Below, piece after piece: positions 8,915 to 17,580 of a stretch of 64,000 bases of DNA; position 1 is the stretch's first letter, and each line of letters begins with the position of its first letter. A program made the position numbers and the translations under genes. The notes beneath the pieces are model-generated. The model worked only from the letters and a program-made list of their open reading frames with translations, was not told the origin of the DNA and did no database searches. The DNA is taken from contig JBATXP010000481.1 of NCBI GenBank assembly GCA_049673465.1, positions 7,832-71,831 of the forward strand, in the 5' to 3' direction. The DNA is from Litorimonas sp. (GTDB lineage Bacteria; Pseudomonadota; Alphaproteobacteria; Caulobacterales; Maricaulaceae).

Positions 8915-10267
8915 ATGTCCATTCCCGCGCGCCAGATTCATACCGAAACGCTGATCGCGCCGAACCGGCGCGTTCTGGTCGTGACCGACACGGTCAATGG
9001 CTGCGCGGACATGGTGCGGGAGCTTCGCTCTCTCGGCCTGGACGTGATGATGTCCGCCTATGACGGCGCGGCGATCACCCACTTGCCGGAACGCGCGCCG
9101 GCCGCCGCTCTCTGCATTCTCAGCGACTATATCGAACACGGCGCGGCCATCGTGTCCGACTTGCGCACACACTACGACCGTGGGGATTTTCCGATCCTCG
9201 GGCATCTGACCCGGGAGTCGCGGCAAGACCATCCCTATGACAGCGTATTGTTCGCGCCGGTCCATGCCGTTCAGGTCGCACGCCGCCTCTCCTCCATGAT
9301 CCGGCTCGGCCAGATGGAACGGGAGATCGTGCGCCGCATCGACACGCTGCGCCATGGATTCGGGGTCGAGCACACATTGTCGTCCGGAGCGACGCGACAG
9401 CCCTTCCGTGTGCTGTTCGTGGGCCGCGCCGATCCGGCCTACATGACCTTCGTCAACGCGATGCAGGGGCGGAACGCGCAGATCGTGGCCGCTTTCACCT
9501 CTTTCTCCGCCTTCGATTATCTGCACGAGAGCGAGTTCGACGCCGTGATCATCAGCGCGCTCAACAGTACGGAGCCGGCCTTGACGATCGCATCGACCTT
9601 GCGGCGCAATCCGCGGCACTTCCACGTTCCGGTCCTGGCGCTTGTCGATCCCGGCAATCCGGTTCGGATCGACACGGATCCGGGCGCAGGCATACACGAC
9701 GTAATCGAATCCGATCGGGATGCGGACGAGATCAGCGGGCGGGTCCTTGAGCTCGCCAATGCCTACCGCTTGCACCGCAGCATGAAGCAGGAGTTCGACG
9801 ACCTCGACGCTCCAGCTTGTCGCGATGCTGCGACGGGGGTCTTCAACGGCGCTTTTTTAAACGTCCATTTGAAGCGCGTCAGCCGCGACTGCCGGGCGCG
9901 CCAGATGCCGCTTTGCATCCTGACGCTGAAACTTGTCCCGCAATGCGTGACGGCCGTGTCCGGCAAGTCGATCTCCCAAGCCTTCGATCGGGGCATCAAA
10001 CTGGTCGCCAAGGTGGTGCGCATGGAGGACATCGTGGCGCGGTTGGACGATGCGACGATCATCGTCGCCTTTCCCGAGCAGCGCCGGATCGAAGTGGACC
10101 GGATCGCGAACCGTCTGGTCGCGATGCTGGAGGACGCCGCCTTCACGTCTGACGATCGCTCTGACGAATCACTGACCTTGAGCGTGGACCACGCTGTCGT
10201 TGAGCAGGACGACTGGACATCGCACGATGCCGCGTCGCCTTTTTCTCCGGTCTCGCTAGTCGGTTAG
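8915..10267 (+). CDS. PleD/PopA-like protein: receiver, pseudo-receiver and degenerate GGDEF domain
   Basis: REC-like segment 1 (RVLVVTDTVNG...LCILSDYIEHG). REC-like segment 2 lacks the acceptor Asp (DAVIISALNS). The C-terminal GGDEF fold (DAATGVFNGAFL...LCILTLKL...) has DDATI in place of GGDEF, and RMED (RxxD) sits 5 residues upstream. Confidence 0.65.
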   Translation: MSIPARQIHTETLIAPNRRVLVVTDTVNGCADMVRELRSLGLDVMMSAYDGAAITHLPERAPAAALCILSDYIEHGAAIVSDLRTHYDRGDFPILGHLTRESRQDHPYDSVLFAPVHAVQVARRLSSMIRLGQMEREIVRRIDTLRHGFGVEHTLSSGATRQPFRVLFVGRADPAYMTFVNAMQGRNAQIVAAFTSFSAFDYLHESEFDAVIISALNSTEPALTIASTLRRNPRHFHVPVLALVDPGNPVRIDTDPGAGIHDVIESDRDADEISGRVLELANAYRLHRSMKQEFDDLDAPACRDAATGVFNGAFLNVHLKRVSRDCRARQMPLCILTLKLVPQCVTAVSGKSISQAFDRGIKLVAKVVRMEDIVARLDDATIIVAFPEQRRIEVDRIANRLVAMLEDAAFTSDDRSDESLTLSVDHAVVEQDDWTSHDAASPFSPVSLVG

Positions 10268-13200
10268 GCCGCCTCGCGCGTGGCGGGTTCCAAGACCAGA
10301 GCCTTGACCGCCTTTTCCGCGCCCCGGACCCGAGCCTTGGGCGTGTCGAAGTTTCCCTGAACCAGAATGGTCTGGTCCGGCCTGAGCCGCCAGCCGCTAT
10401 TTTGCGTGATGGCGTTCATGACGACGGACGGGTCCTTTATGTCTTCGTGGCGCATGGAAAGCACCACGCCTTTCGGCCCCGCATCGACCTTTGCGACGTG
10501 CGCCCGGCGGCACAGACGCTTGATCCGCATGACGGTCAAGAGAGCTTCCACTTCTTCCGGTAGCGAACCGAAGCGGTCGATTAGTTCGGCGGCGAGCGCG
10601 TCGCTGTCGGTGTCGTTTTCGAGATCGGATATACGGCGGTAGAGTGAAAGACGCAGATTGAGGTCCTCGACATAGTCTTCGGGGATCAAGACGGCGACGC
10701 CCAGATTGACCTGCGGCGTCCAGCTCTGGTCCGCCAGGCTGTCATCGTCCTTCAGCTCCGCGACCGCCTCTTCCAGCATGTGCTGGTAGAGCTCGACGCC
10801 CAGCTCCTTGACGTGGCCACTTTGCTCCTCGCCCAGCGGATTGCCGCCTCCGCGCATATCGAGGTCATGGCTCGCTAGGGTAAAGCCTGCTCCCAAAGTG
10901 TCGAGCGATTGCAGGATCTTGAGACGCTGGAGCGCGCTCTTGGTCGCGACATGTTCGTCCGGCATGGTCAGGTAGGCATAGGCCCGGGTCTTGGAGCGGC
11001 CCACCCGGCCCCGCATCTGGTAGAGTTGCGCGAGGCCGAACTTGTCCGCTCTGTTGATGATCATCGTATTGGCCGTCGGAATGTCGATTCCGCTCTCGAT
11101 GATCGAAGTCGACAGGAGCACGTCGTATTGGCCATCGTAGAAGGCACTCATGATGTCGTCCAGCGCGCCGCTCGCCATCTGGCCGTGGGCGATCACGTAT
11201 TTCACCTCCGGCACGTTGGTGCGCATGAACTCCTCCAGGCGCGGAATGTCGGAGATGCGCGGCGTGACGTAGTAGCTTTGCCCGCCCCGATATTTCTCGC
11301 GTAGCAGCGCCTTGCGAATCGAGACTTCGTCGAACGGCAGCACGTAGGTGCGCACGGCCAAACGATCCACAGGCGGGGTCGCGATCAGCGACAGGTCCCG
11401 GATGCCCGTCAGCGCCATTTGCAGGGTCCGCGGGATCGGCGTCGCCGTCAGGGTCAGCATGTGGACATCGGCGCGGAGTGCCTTGAGCCGCTCCTTGTGC
11501 CGCACGCCGAAGCGCTGCTCCTCGTCCACGATCACCAGGCCGAGGTTCTGGAAACCGACCTGCTTCGACAGCACCGCATGGGTGCCGACGACGATATCGA
11601 CCTCGCCCCTGGCGAGCGCTTCGCGTGTCGCCTTCGCGTCCTTCGCGGCAACGAGACGGGACAGCTGCCGGACCTTGACCGGCATGCCCCTGAAACGCTC
11701 GGAGAACGTCTTGTAGTGCTGTCGCGCCAGCAGGGTCGTCGGGGCGACGACGGCGACTTGGCGGCCCGTGATCGCCACGGCAAACGCGGCACGCAAGGCG
11801 ACTTCCGTCTTCCCGAAGCCGACATCTCCACAGATCAGGCGGTCCATCGGCTTGCCGGAGATCAGGTCCGCGAAGACGTCCTTGATGGCGTTCAACTGGT
11901 CGTCGGTTTCCGCATAGGGGAAGCGGGCCGCGAACTCGTTATAGGCCCCTTCGTCGATTTCGATCGGCTCGATCGTCTTCATCGCTCGCTTGGCGGCGAT
12001 CTTGATGAGTTCGGCCGCCATTTCGCGCAGGCGGCCCTTGGCCTTGGCCTTGCGGGATTGCCATGCCACGCCGCCGAGCTTGTCGAGCACCGCGTTTTCG
12101 TTGGCGTTGCCGTATCGTGAAAGCAATTCGATATTCTCGACCGGAAGGTATAGTTTTGCGCTTCCCGCATATTCGAGTTCGAGACAGTCGTGCGGCGCAC
12201 CCCCGACATCCAGGGTTCGCAGGCTGAGATAGCGCCCGACACCGTGGTCGATGTGAACGATCAGATCGCCGGGGTTCAGCGCGCTCGCTTCGGCGATGAA
12301 GTTCTTGGCGCGGCGTTTGCGGCCGCGATTGACGAGGCGGTCGCCGAGAATGTCCTGTTCCGAAATGACGGCGAGGTCGCCCATCACGAAGCCCTGCTCC
12401 AACGGCAGGATGACCGCCCTCACCTCGCCGGGCTCTATGTCGAAGGCGGCGCGCCCGTCGCGCGCCATGGGTACGATCAGCCCCTGGTCTTCCAGCACGT
12501 TCGTCAGGCGCTCGCGCGATCCTTCCGACCAGGCTGCCATCCAGACCCGGTGCCGGGTCTCGCGCAGGGATTGGAGGTGCTTGGCGACCGAATCGAAGAC
12601 GTTCACGCCTTCCGTTTGCCGTTCCGCCAGGAAACTGCGTCCGATCCGCGCCCCGAAATCCACCTTGTTGCCCTCTTCGGGTGCATCGAACGCCGTATGC
12701 TGACGCGTTCGCATCGGCGCGGTGATCTCGGACAGCTCGACCGGAGGGATGTAGAGCGCATCGGTCGGCAGCGGGCGGTAGAGCCCTGCCGTCTTGGCCG
12801 GATCGCCCGACCCGGTGTCGCGCGCTTCCTGATGTTCGCGCCGGGAGGTGTAGAAGTCTTCGATAAGGGCTTCGCGTTCCGCCATCGCCTCGTCGGCCAG
12901 ACCGTCAAAGGCCACGATCGCTTCGGGACCGACATAGTCGAAGACCGACTCGGCATGTTCGTAGAAGAGCGGCAGGTAGTGTTCGATCCCCTGCGGCCGA
13001 ATACCGTCAGAGATGGCGGCATAGACCGGATCGCGGCTGACCCCGCCGCCGAAGGCCGCGATGTAGCCCTTGCGGAACTGCGCGATCGTCTCCTCTTCCA
13101 CGAAGACTTCGCTGACCGGAGCCAAGGTCAAACTCTTCAGGCTATTGGTGGTGCGCTGCGTATCGACGTCGAACTCGCGGATCGACTCCAGCTCGTCGCC

Positions 13201-13857
13201 GAAAAAGTCGAGCCGGAGCGGGGCCTTTCGCGTCGGCGGGAAGATGTCGATCAACCCGCCCCGAACGGCATAGTCGCCCGGTTCCACGACGGTGGAGGCG
13301 CGGACGTAGCCGTTGCGCGACAGATAGGTCTCAAGGTCTTCGCGCAGCACGTCCTGTCCGGCCTTGGCCCGGAAGCCCGCCGCGCGGATGACCTTTCTTG
13401 GCGGCACACGCTGCAAAACGGCCGACACGGTCGTGGCGATGATAAGCGGCTTGTTCGTCTTGACCGCCAGCAAACTGTAGAGCGCCCCGGCCCGACGCGA
13501 CGCCAGCGCCCGGCTGGGCGACACGCGGTCATAGGGCAGCGCGTCCCAGGCCGGGAGACTCAGGACCGGAACGTCCGGCTGGAAAAACCGACAGGCCTGC
13601 GTGAACGCCGCAGCGCGGGCATCGTCCCTGGCGACGAAGACGACGCGGCCGGACGTCCTTACCGCCGCTCTCGTGACGACAAGAGCGTCCGCGCCTTCCG
13701 GCAATCCGGCGGCGATCAGGTCCGGATCGGGACCGACATAGCGTGAGAGTTGGATCTGCATTGATGACTTAAGCGATAGAGGGCGGGAGGGTTCCGCATA
13801 GATGGGATCGACGGGATCGTTTCGTGGCGGGTCTTGGGCTTCGGGTCGATATGTCAC
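10264..13857 (-). CDS. mfd: Transcription-repair coupling factor
   Basis: 1197-aa ORF with superfamily-2 helicase motifs (LICGDVGFGKTEVA, VIVDEEQRFG) and overall Mfd-like length and layout. The true start may be internal (MQIQLSRYV...). Confidence 0.93.
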   Translation of the reverse strand: MTYRPEAQDPPRNDPVDPIYAEPSRPLSLKSSMQIQLSRYVGPDPDLIAAGLPEGADALVVTRAAVRTSGRVVFVARDDARAAAFTQACRFFQPDVPVLSLPAWDALPYDRVSPSRALASRRAGALYSLLAVKTNKPLIIATTVSAVLQRVPPRKVIRAAGFRAKAGQDVLREDLETYLSRNGYVRASTVVEPGDYAVRGGLIDIFPPTRKAPLRLDFFGDELESIREFDVDTQRTTNSLKSLTLAPVSEVFVEEETIAQFRKGYIAAFGGGVSRDPVYAAISDGIRPQGIEHYLPLFYEHAESVFDYVGPEAIVAFDGLADEAMAEREALIEDFYTSRREHQEARDTGSGDPAKTAGLYRPLPTDALYIPPVELSEITAPMRTRQHTAFDAPEEGNKVDFGARIGRSFLAERQTEGVNVFDSVAKHLQSLRETRHRVWMAAWSEGSRERLTNVLEDQGLIVPMARDGRAAFDIEPGEVRAVILPLEQGFVMGDLAVISEQDILGDRLVNRGRKRRAKNFIAEASALNPGDLIVHIDHGVGRYLSLRTLDVGGAPHDCLELEYAGSAKLYLPVENIELLSRYGNANENAVLDKLGGVAWQSRKAKAKGRLREMAAELIKIAAKRAMKTIEPIEIDEGAYNEFAARFPYAETDDQLNAIKDVFADLISGKPMDRLICGDVGFGKTEVALRAAFAVAITGRQVAVVAPTTLLARQHYKTFSERFRGMPVKVRQLSRLVAAKDAKATREALARGEVDIVVGTHAVLSKQVGFQNLGLVIVDEEQRFGVRHKERLKALRADVHMLTLTATPIPRTLQMALTGIRDLSLIATPPVDRLAVRTYVLPFDEVSIRKALLREKYRGGQSYYVTPRISDIPRLEEFMRTNVPEVKYVIAHGQMASGALDDIMSAFYDGQYDVLLSTSIIESGIDIPTANTMIINRADKFGLAQLYQMRGRVGRSKTRAYAYLTMPDEHVATKSALQRLKILQSLDTLGAGFTLASHDLDMRGGGNPLGEEQSGHVKELGVELYQHMLEEAVAELKDDDSLADQSWTPQVNLGVAVLIPEDYVEDLNLRLSLYRRISDLENDTDSDALAAELIDRFGSLPEEVEALLTVMRIKRLCRRAHVAKVDAGPKGVVLSMRHEDIKDPSVVMNAITQNSGWRLRPDQTILVQGNFDTPKARVRGAEKAVKALVLEPATREAA

Positions 13858-13894
13858 TTCAACATGCGAGTTGACAGATTAATCCTTCGTCCGT

Positions 13895-13915
13895 CCCCGG
13901 CATTCATTGTCGGGG
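13895..13915. repeat. Hairpin CCCCGGCA-TTCAT-TGTCGGGG (copy 1 of two near-identical hairpins)
   Basis: 8-bp stem (one G-T pair) in the mfd/sdhE intergenic region. Same stem sequence as the hairpin at 13988-14008. Confidence 0.4.
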
Positions 13916-13987
13916 CCTGATGTCGTGAAAAGTCACAAGACGACGGAACGAACCTCATCGCTTCTTGTGGTGATGTAAGCGAGCAGA

Positions 13988-14008
13988 CCCCGGCAATAAA
14001 TGCCGGGG
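13988..14008 (-). terminator. Hairpin CCCCGGCA-ATAAA-TGCCGGGG, possible sdhE terminator (weak T tract)
   Basis: Perfect 8-bp GC-rich stem 25 nt downstream of the sdhE stop. The downstream tract on the minus strand (TCTGCTCGCTT) is only weakly T-rich. Confidence 0.3.
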
Positions 14009-14032
14009 GCGAAGATGGGGTGCTTCATGCAC

Positions 14033-14314
14033 TTACCCGACTTTCGGCCTGTAGCTCCGCAAGCGCTCCAGCAACGGCGTGTCGTAATTCGCCGGGACGG
14101 GCAGTGTCTCGATGATCCAGGCGTAGATGTCGTGATCCTTGGCGCCGAGCAGGTCTTCGAACATCAGGACTTCATCCTTGGATAGGTCGGGCCCGTGCTC
14201 TCTGGCGAAGCCGCCCAGGATCATGTCGGCTTCCTTGAAGCCACGGTAATGGGCGCGGTGGATCAGCCGCTTTCGGCGGGTGGTCCAGTCCAGATCGTCG
14301 TGCAGGTCGGCCAT
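14033..14314 (-). CDS. sdhE: FAD assembly factor SdhE (SDHAF2/DUF339 family)
   Basis: 93 aa; RRKRLIHRAHYRGFKEADMILGGF...DHDIYAWI matches the SdhE pattern. Classical position between mfd and recG. Confidence 0.8.
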   Translation of the reverse strand: MADLHDDLDWTTRRKRLIHRAHYRGFKEADMILGGFAREHGPDLSKDEVLMFEDLLGAKDHDIYAWIIETLPVPANYDTPLLERLRSYRPKVG

Positions 14315-14396
14315 GCGGCGGGGCTAATGTGTCCGGGCTGCGCTGTCACGCGCGGATCGCTTGCATGGGCCGTCATGCCGCGCCAAATCGATTGGG

Positions 14397-16499
14397 ATGA
14401 GACCTCCCATCCTCAACCCGTGGTTTTCGGACATCCGGTCCCTGAAAGGCGTCGGCGACAAGGTCGCGGAGGGGCTGGAGCGAGCGTTTTCCGTGCGCTC
14501 TCCGGCGCGTCTGCGCGACCTTCTTCTGACACCACCCGCCAGCGTGATCGACCGGTCAAACCGACCGGGGATCGCCGGGGCCATGCAGGGCGACGTGGCG
14601 ACCTTCGTGGTCACGGTCGGACGACACTTCCCGCCCAGCATCAAGAGCAAGCCCTATCGAATCAGGGTCTATGACGAGACGGGCGACATGACGCTGGTGT
14701 TCTTCCGCGCCTATGGTTCGACCTTGGAGCGCCAGTTTCCCGAAGGCGCGACGCGGCTGATCTCCGGCAAGGTGGAAATCTTCAACGCCGAAGCGCAGAT
14801 GGCCCACCCGGACTATGTCCTGACGCCGGAGCAGGCCGATACCCTGCCCGCTTACGAGCCCGTCTACCCGCTCACGGCGGGGCTTTCGCCCAAAGTCGCC
14901 CGAAAGACCGTCTGGTCCGCGCTTCAAGCCGTCAGTCTCGGCAAACCTCTGCCGGAATGGATCGATCCGGACTTCCTTAAGCGTAGCGAATGGCCGAGCT
15001 TCAACGAAGCCATGCTTCGGCTGCACCAGCCGGCCCATGCCGTGGACGTTTCGCCCAGCGCGCCGCCGCTGAAGCGCCTCGCCTATGACGAACTGTTGGC
15101 GAAGCAACTCGCCATGGCGCTGGTTCGCGAACGCAACCGCAGCCTCAAGGGCGAAGCCTTGTCCGCAAAAGGCGAGTATGTCGACGATGTGCTGCGCGCC
15201 TCCCCCTTCCCTCCGACCGGTGCGCAGGCGCGCGCGTTCGAGGAGATCAAGACCGATATGGGCAGTTCGTCGCGCATGGCGCGGTTACTTCAGGGCGACG
15301 TGGGCGCAGGCAAGACCTTCGTCGCTGCCCTCGCCAGCGCCTATGCGTGCGAGGCGGGCGCGCAGGTCGCCGTCATGGCCCCGACCGAAATCCTCGCTCG
15401 CCAGCACGCCCAGACCCTGTCCGGTATGTTGGAACCTGCCGGCCTCGTCGTGGAAGCTCTGACCGGGCGCGACAAGGGGCAGGCGCGCGTGGCGCTCAAT
15501 GCCGGGTTGGCTGAAGGGCATATCGACGTGGTCGTGGGGACGCATGCTCTGTTCCAGGACGGGGTGGAATTCGACCGGCTCGGCCTCGTGATTATCGACG
15601 AACAACACCGCTTCGGCGTCCGCGACAGATTGCGATTGACGGAGAAAGGCGAAGCGCCCGACCTGCTCGTCATGACGGCGACGCCGATCCCGCGGACTCT
15701 CGCCCTGACCAGCTATGGCGATCTCGACATCTCGATCCTCGATGAGAAGCCAGCGGGGCGCCAGCCCATCGAAACCGTTGCGCTGCCCCTGCAACGGCTT
15801 GACGACGTGATCGACGCGGCGGGTCGAGCGATCGAGAAGGGCGACCAGGTCTATTGGGTCTGTCCCTTGGTCGAAGACAGCGACGTCAGCGATCTCTCTT
15901 CCGCGGAGGATCGGCATCGCCAGCTGACCGCGATTTTCGGGGAGCGCGTCGGTCTTCTCCACGGACGCATGAACGGGCTGGAGAAGGAGGCCATCAGCCA
16001 GGCTTTCAAGGCCAAACGCTATGATATCCTCGTCGCCACGACGGTGATCGAGGTCGGCGTGGACGCCCCCAACGCGACCGTCATGGTGATCGAACACGCC
16101 GAACGTTTCGGCCTCGCTCAGCTGCATCAGTTGAGGGGCCGGGTCGGCCGGGGCGACAAGAAGTCGAGCTGCATCCTGCTCTACAAGTCTCCGCTCAGCC
16201 TGAACGGCAAGGAACGACTGAACATACTGCGCGAAAGCGAGGACGGGTTTCTGATCGCGGAAAAGGATTGGGAACTGAGGGGGTCGGGCGACCTGCTTGG
16301 CGCGGCGCAGTCCGGCCTTCCGCGTTTCCGCCTTGCCAATCTGGACAAGCATCGTGACCTACTCGAAACCGCCACGCAGGATGCCCGCCTGCTCGTGCGG
16401 CAGGACCCCGGGCTAACCAGCGAACGCGGCCAAGCGGCGCGCGTGTTGCTCTACCTGTTCGAGCAGGATTACGGCATCGCGATGATGCGCGCGGGCTAG
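14397..16499 (+). CDS. recG: ATP-dependent DNA helicase RecG
   Basis: Helicase motifs LLQGDVGAGKT, VIIDEQHRFG, QLHQLRGRVGRG. The start is probably MRPPILNPWF at 14397, inside track ORF 14361..16499. Confidence 0.93.
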   Translation: MRPPILNPWFSDIRSLKGVGDKVAEGLERAFSVRSPARLRDLLLTPPASVIDRSNRPGIAGAMQGDVATFVVTVGRHFPPSIKSKPYRIRVYDETGDMTLVFFRAYGSTLERQFPEGATRLISGKVEIFNAEAQMAHPDYVLTPEQADTLPAYEPVYPLTAGLSPKVARKTVWSALQAVSLGKPLPEWIDPDFLKRSEWPSFNEAMLRLHQPAHAVDVSPSAPPLKRLAYDELLAKQLAMALVRERNRSLKGEALSAKGEYVDDVLRASPFPPTGAQARAFEEIKTDMGSSSRMARLLQGDVGAGKTFVAALASAYACEAGAQVAVMAPTEILARQHAQTLSGMLEPAGLVVEALTGRDKGQARVALNAGLAEGHIDVVVGTHALFQDGVEFDRLGLVIIDEQHRFGVRDRLRLTEKGEAPDLLVMTATPIPRTLALTSYGDLDISILDEKPAGRQPIETVALPLQRLDDVIDAAGRAIEKGDQVYWVCPLVEDSDVSDLSSAEDRHRQLTAIFGERVGLLHGRMNGLEKEAISQAFKAKRYDILVATTVIEVGVDAPNATVMVIEHAERFGLAQLHQLRGRVGRGDKKSSCILLYKSPLSLNGKERLNILRESEDGFLIAEKDWELRGSGDLLGAAQSGLPRFRLANLDKHRDLLETATQDARLLVRQDPGLTSERGQAARVLLYLFEQDYGIAMMRAG

Positions 16500-16765
16500 G
16501 TCGTATACTCACATCTGGGACGGCTTTTGATCGCGGTGCGCGTGTCTTGGGCTAGGAGCGGTGTCGATGACGTGTCTGGACACGTCGAGACGCCGCGACG
16601 ACGTCCCAAGGCTCGCGCATCGCGACCCTGACGGGCGACCTTGGGGCTGCCCGTAGACGTCGTTGCGGTCTTTCCGAAGGCCACAGCATTCGGTTCAGCC
16701 CGCGCCTAGCCACGAACCGCCCCAAGGCCGTCAAAACCGGCCCCAGATGTGAGTATACGACCTAG
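16496..16765. mobile_element. MITE-like palindromic element with 24-bp perfect terminal inverted repeats
   Basis: CTAGGTCGTATACTCACATCTGGG at 16496-16519 and its exact reverse complement at 16742-16765. Pairing extends imperfectly to about 35 bp, with internal palindromes (16569-16586). No credible ORF. It fills the whole gap between two convergent genes. Confidence 0.5.
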
Positions 16766-17508
16766 TCTGCCAGCGTCTCGTCTCGCAACGGTACGGTTGG
16801 CTTGTCGGCGTCGTATTTTTCGAGCGCTTCGTTTGACGAAACCATACCGCCGGAGATGATCATCTTCGCCCCTTCTTCCGGCGTCATGTCCAGCAGCTTC
16901 ACCTCGTCGTCCGGCACGAAGAGCAGAAAGCCGGAGGTCGGGTTGGGAGTCGTGGGCACGAACACGCATAGGTAGTTCTTGCCGTTCCCATCCAGCTCGC
17001 GTTCCGGCGCGCCGCTCAGATCGGCCGTGACGAACCCGACGGCCCAGATGCCTTTTCTTGGATATTCCACCAGGCATACATCGCGAAATGCACGATCGCT
17101 CTGTTGGGCGATCGTGTTGATGATCTGCTTGATGCCGTTATAGATGGGCGAGATCACCGGGACCTTGGCGAGCACCGCTTCGCCCGCCCGCAAGATCTGG
17201 TTGCCGATCTGGTTTGACACGACGATTCCGAGGATCGTGAGCCCGGCAACCGCTATAACCAGGGACACGCCGAAAACCGGGAAATCCACATAGTTGGACG
17301 GGTTCAACGCATTGGGCAGGATGCCCCAGACGGCCGCATCGATGCTGCCGATCAGCTTAGACAGAAGCCAGAACACGGCCACGATCGGCAAGGCCACGAG
17401 GATGCCCGCGATCAACCGGTTCCGGAGCCAGCGGACAAGCCTGAAGCGTGGCGCTTTCGGCACCACCTTAATTTCCGGATGTGCCGCCATCGTCGACTGC
17501 CCTCGCAT
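16762..17508 (-). CDS. DUF502 domain membrane protein
   Basis: N-terminal TM segments LIAGILVALPIVAVFWLL and an overall DUF502-like sequence. 248 aa. Confidence 0.7.
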   Translation of the reverse strand: MRGQSTMAAHPEIKVVPKAPRFRLVRWLRNRLIAGILVALPIVAVFWLLSKLIGSIDAAVWGILPNALNPSNYVDFPVFGVSLVIAVAGLTILGIVVSNQIGNQILRAGEAVLAKVPVISPIYNGIKQIINTIAQQSDRAFRDVCLVEYPRKGIWAVGFVTADLSGAPERELDGNGKNYLCVFVPTTPNPTSGFLLFVPDDEVKLLDMTPEEGAKMIISGGMVSSNEALEKYDADKPTVPLRDETLAD

Positions 17509-17580
17509 TCTTGTCGCCCGTCCCGGCGGCGCTTATGACCGGAAGCTAGGGGCAAGGGAAGCGGGAAGGCGAACAAGGCC

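Noticed and set aside
12190-13746. 518-aa plus-strand ORF, and similar long antisense ORFs (7896..8828 -, 15285..16352 -, 17584..18678 -, 26986..27951 +, 33055..33948 +, 42769..44019 +, 46293..47930 +, 50043..51074 -, 52195..53082 -)
   Set aside because: Each lies opposite a gene with strong family motifs (mfd, M2 peptidase, recG, DUF3089, recJ, ctaA, glyA, hemB/oxidoreductase/SLC13, TRAP genes). Their translations are low-complexity and Arg/Gly/Asp/His-rich. I treat them as GC-driven artefacts.
16496-16734. Small minus-strand ORFs 16496..16684 (62 aa) and 16552..16734 (60 aa) inside the palindromic element
   Set aside because: Arg/Pro-rich translations, no start context, and embedded in extensively self-complementary DNA. 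A coding role is unlikely.
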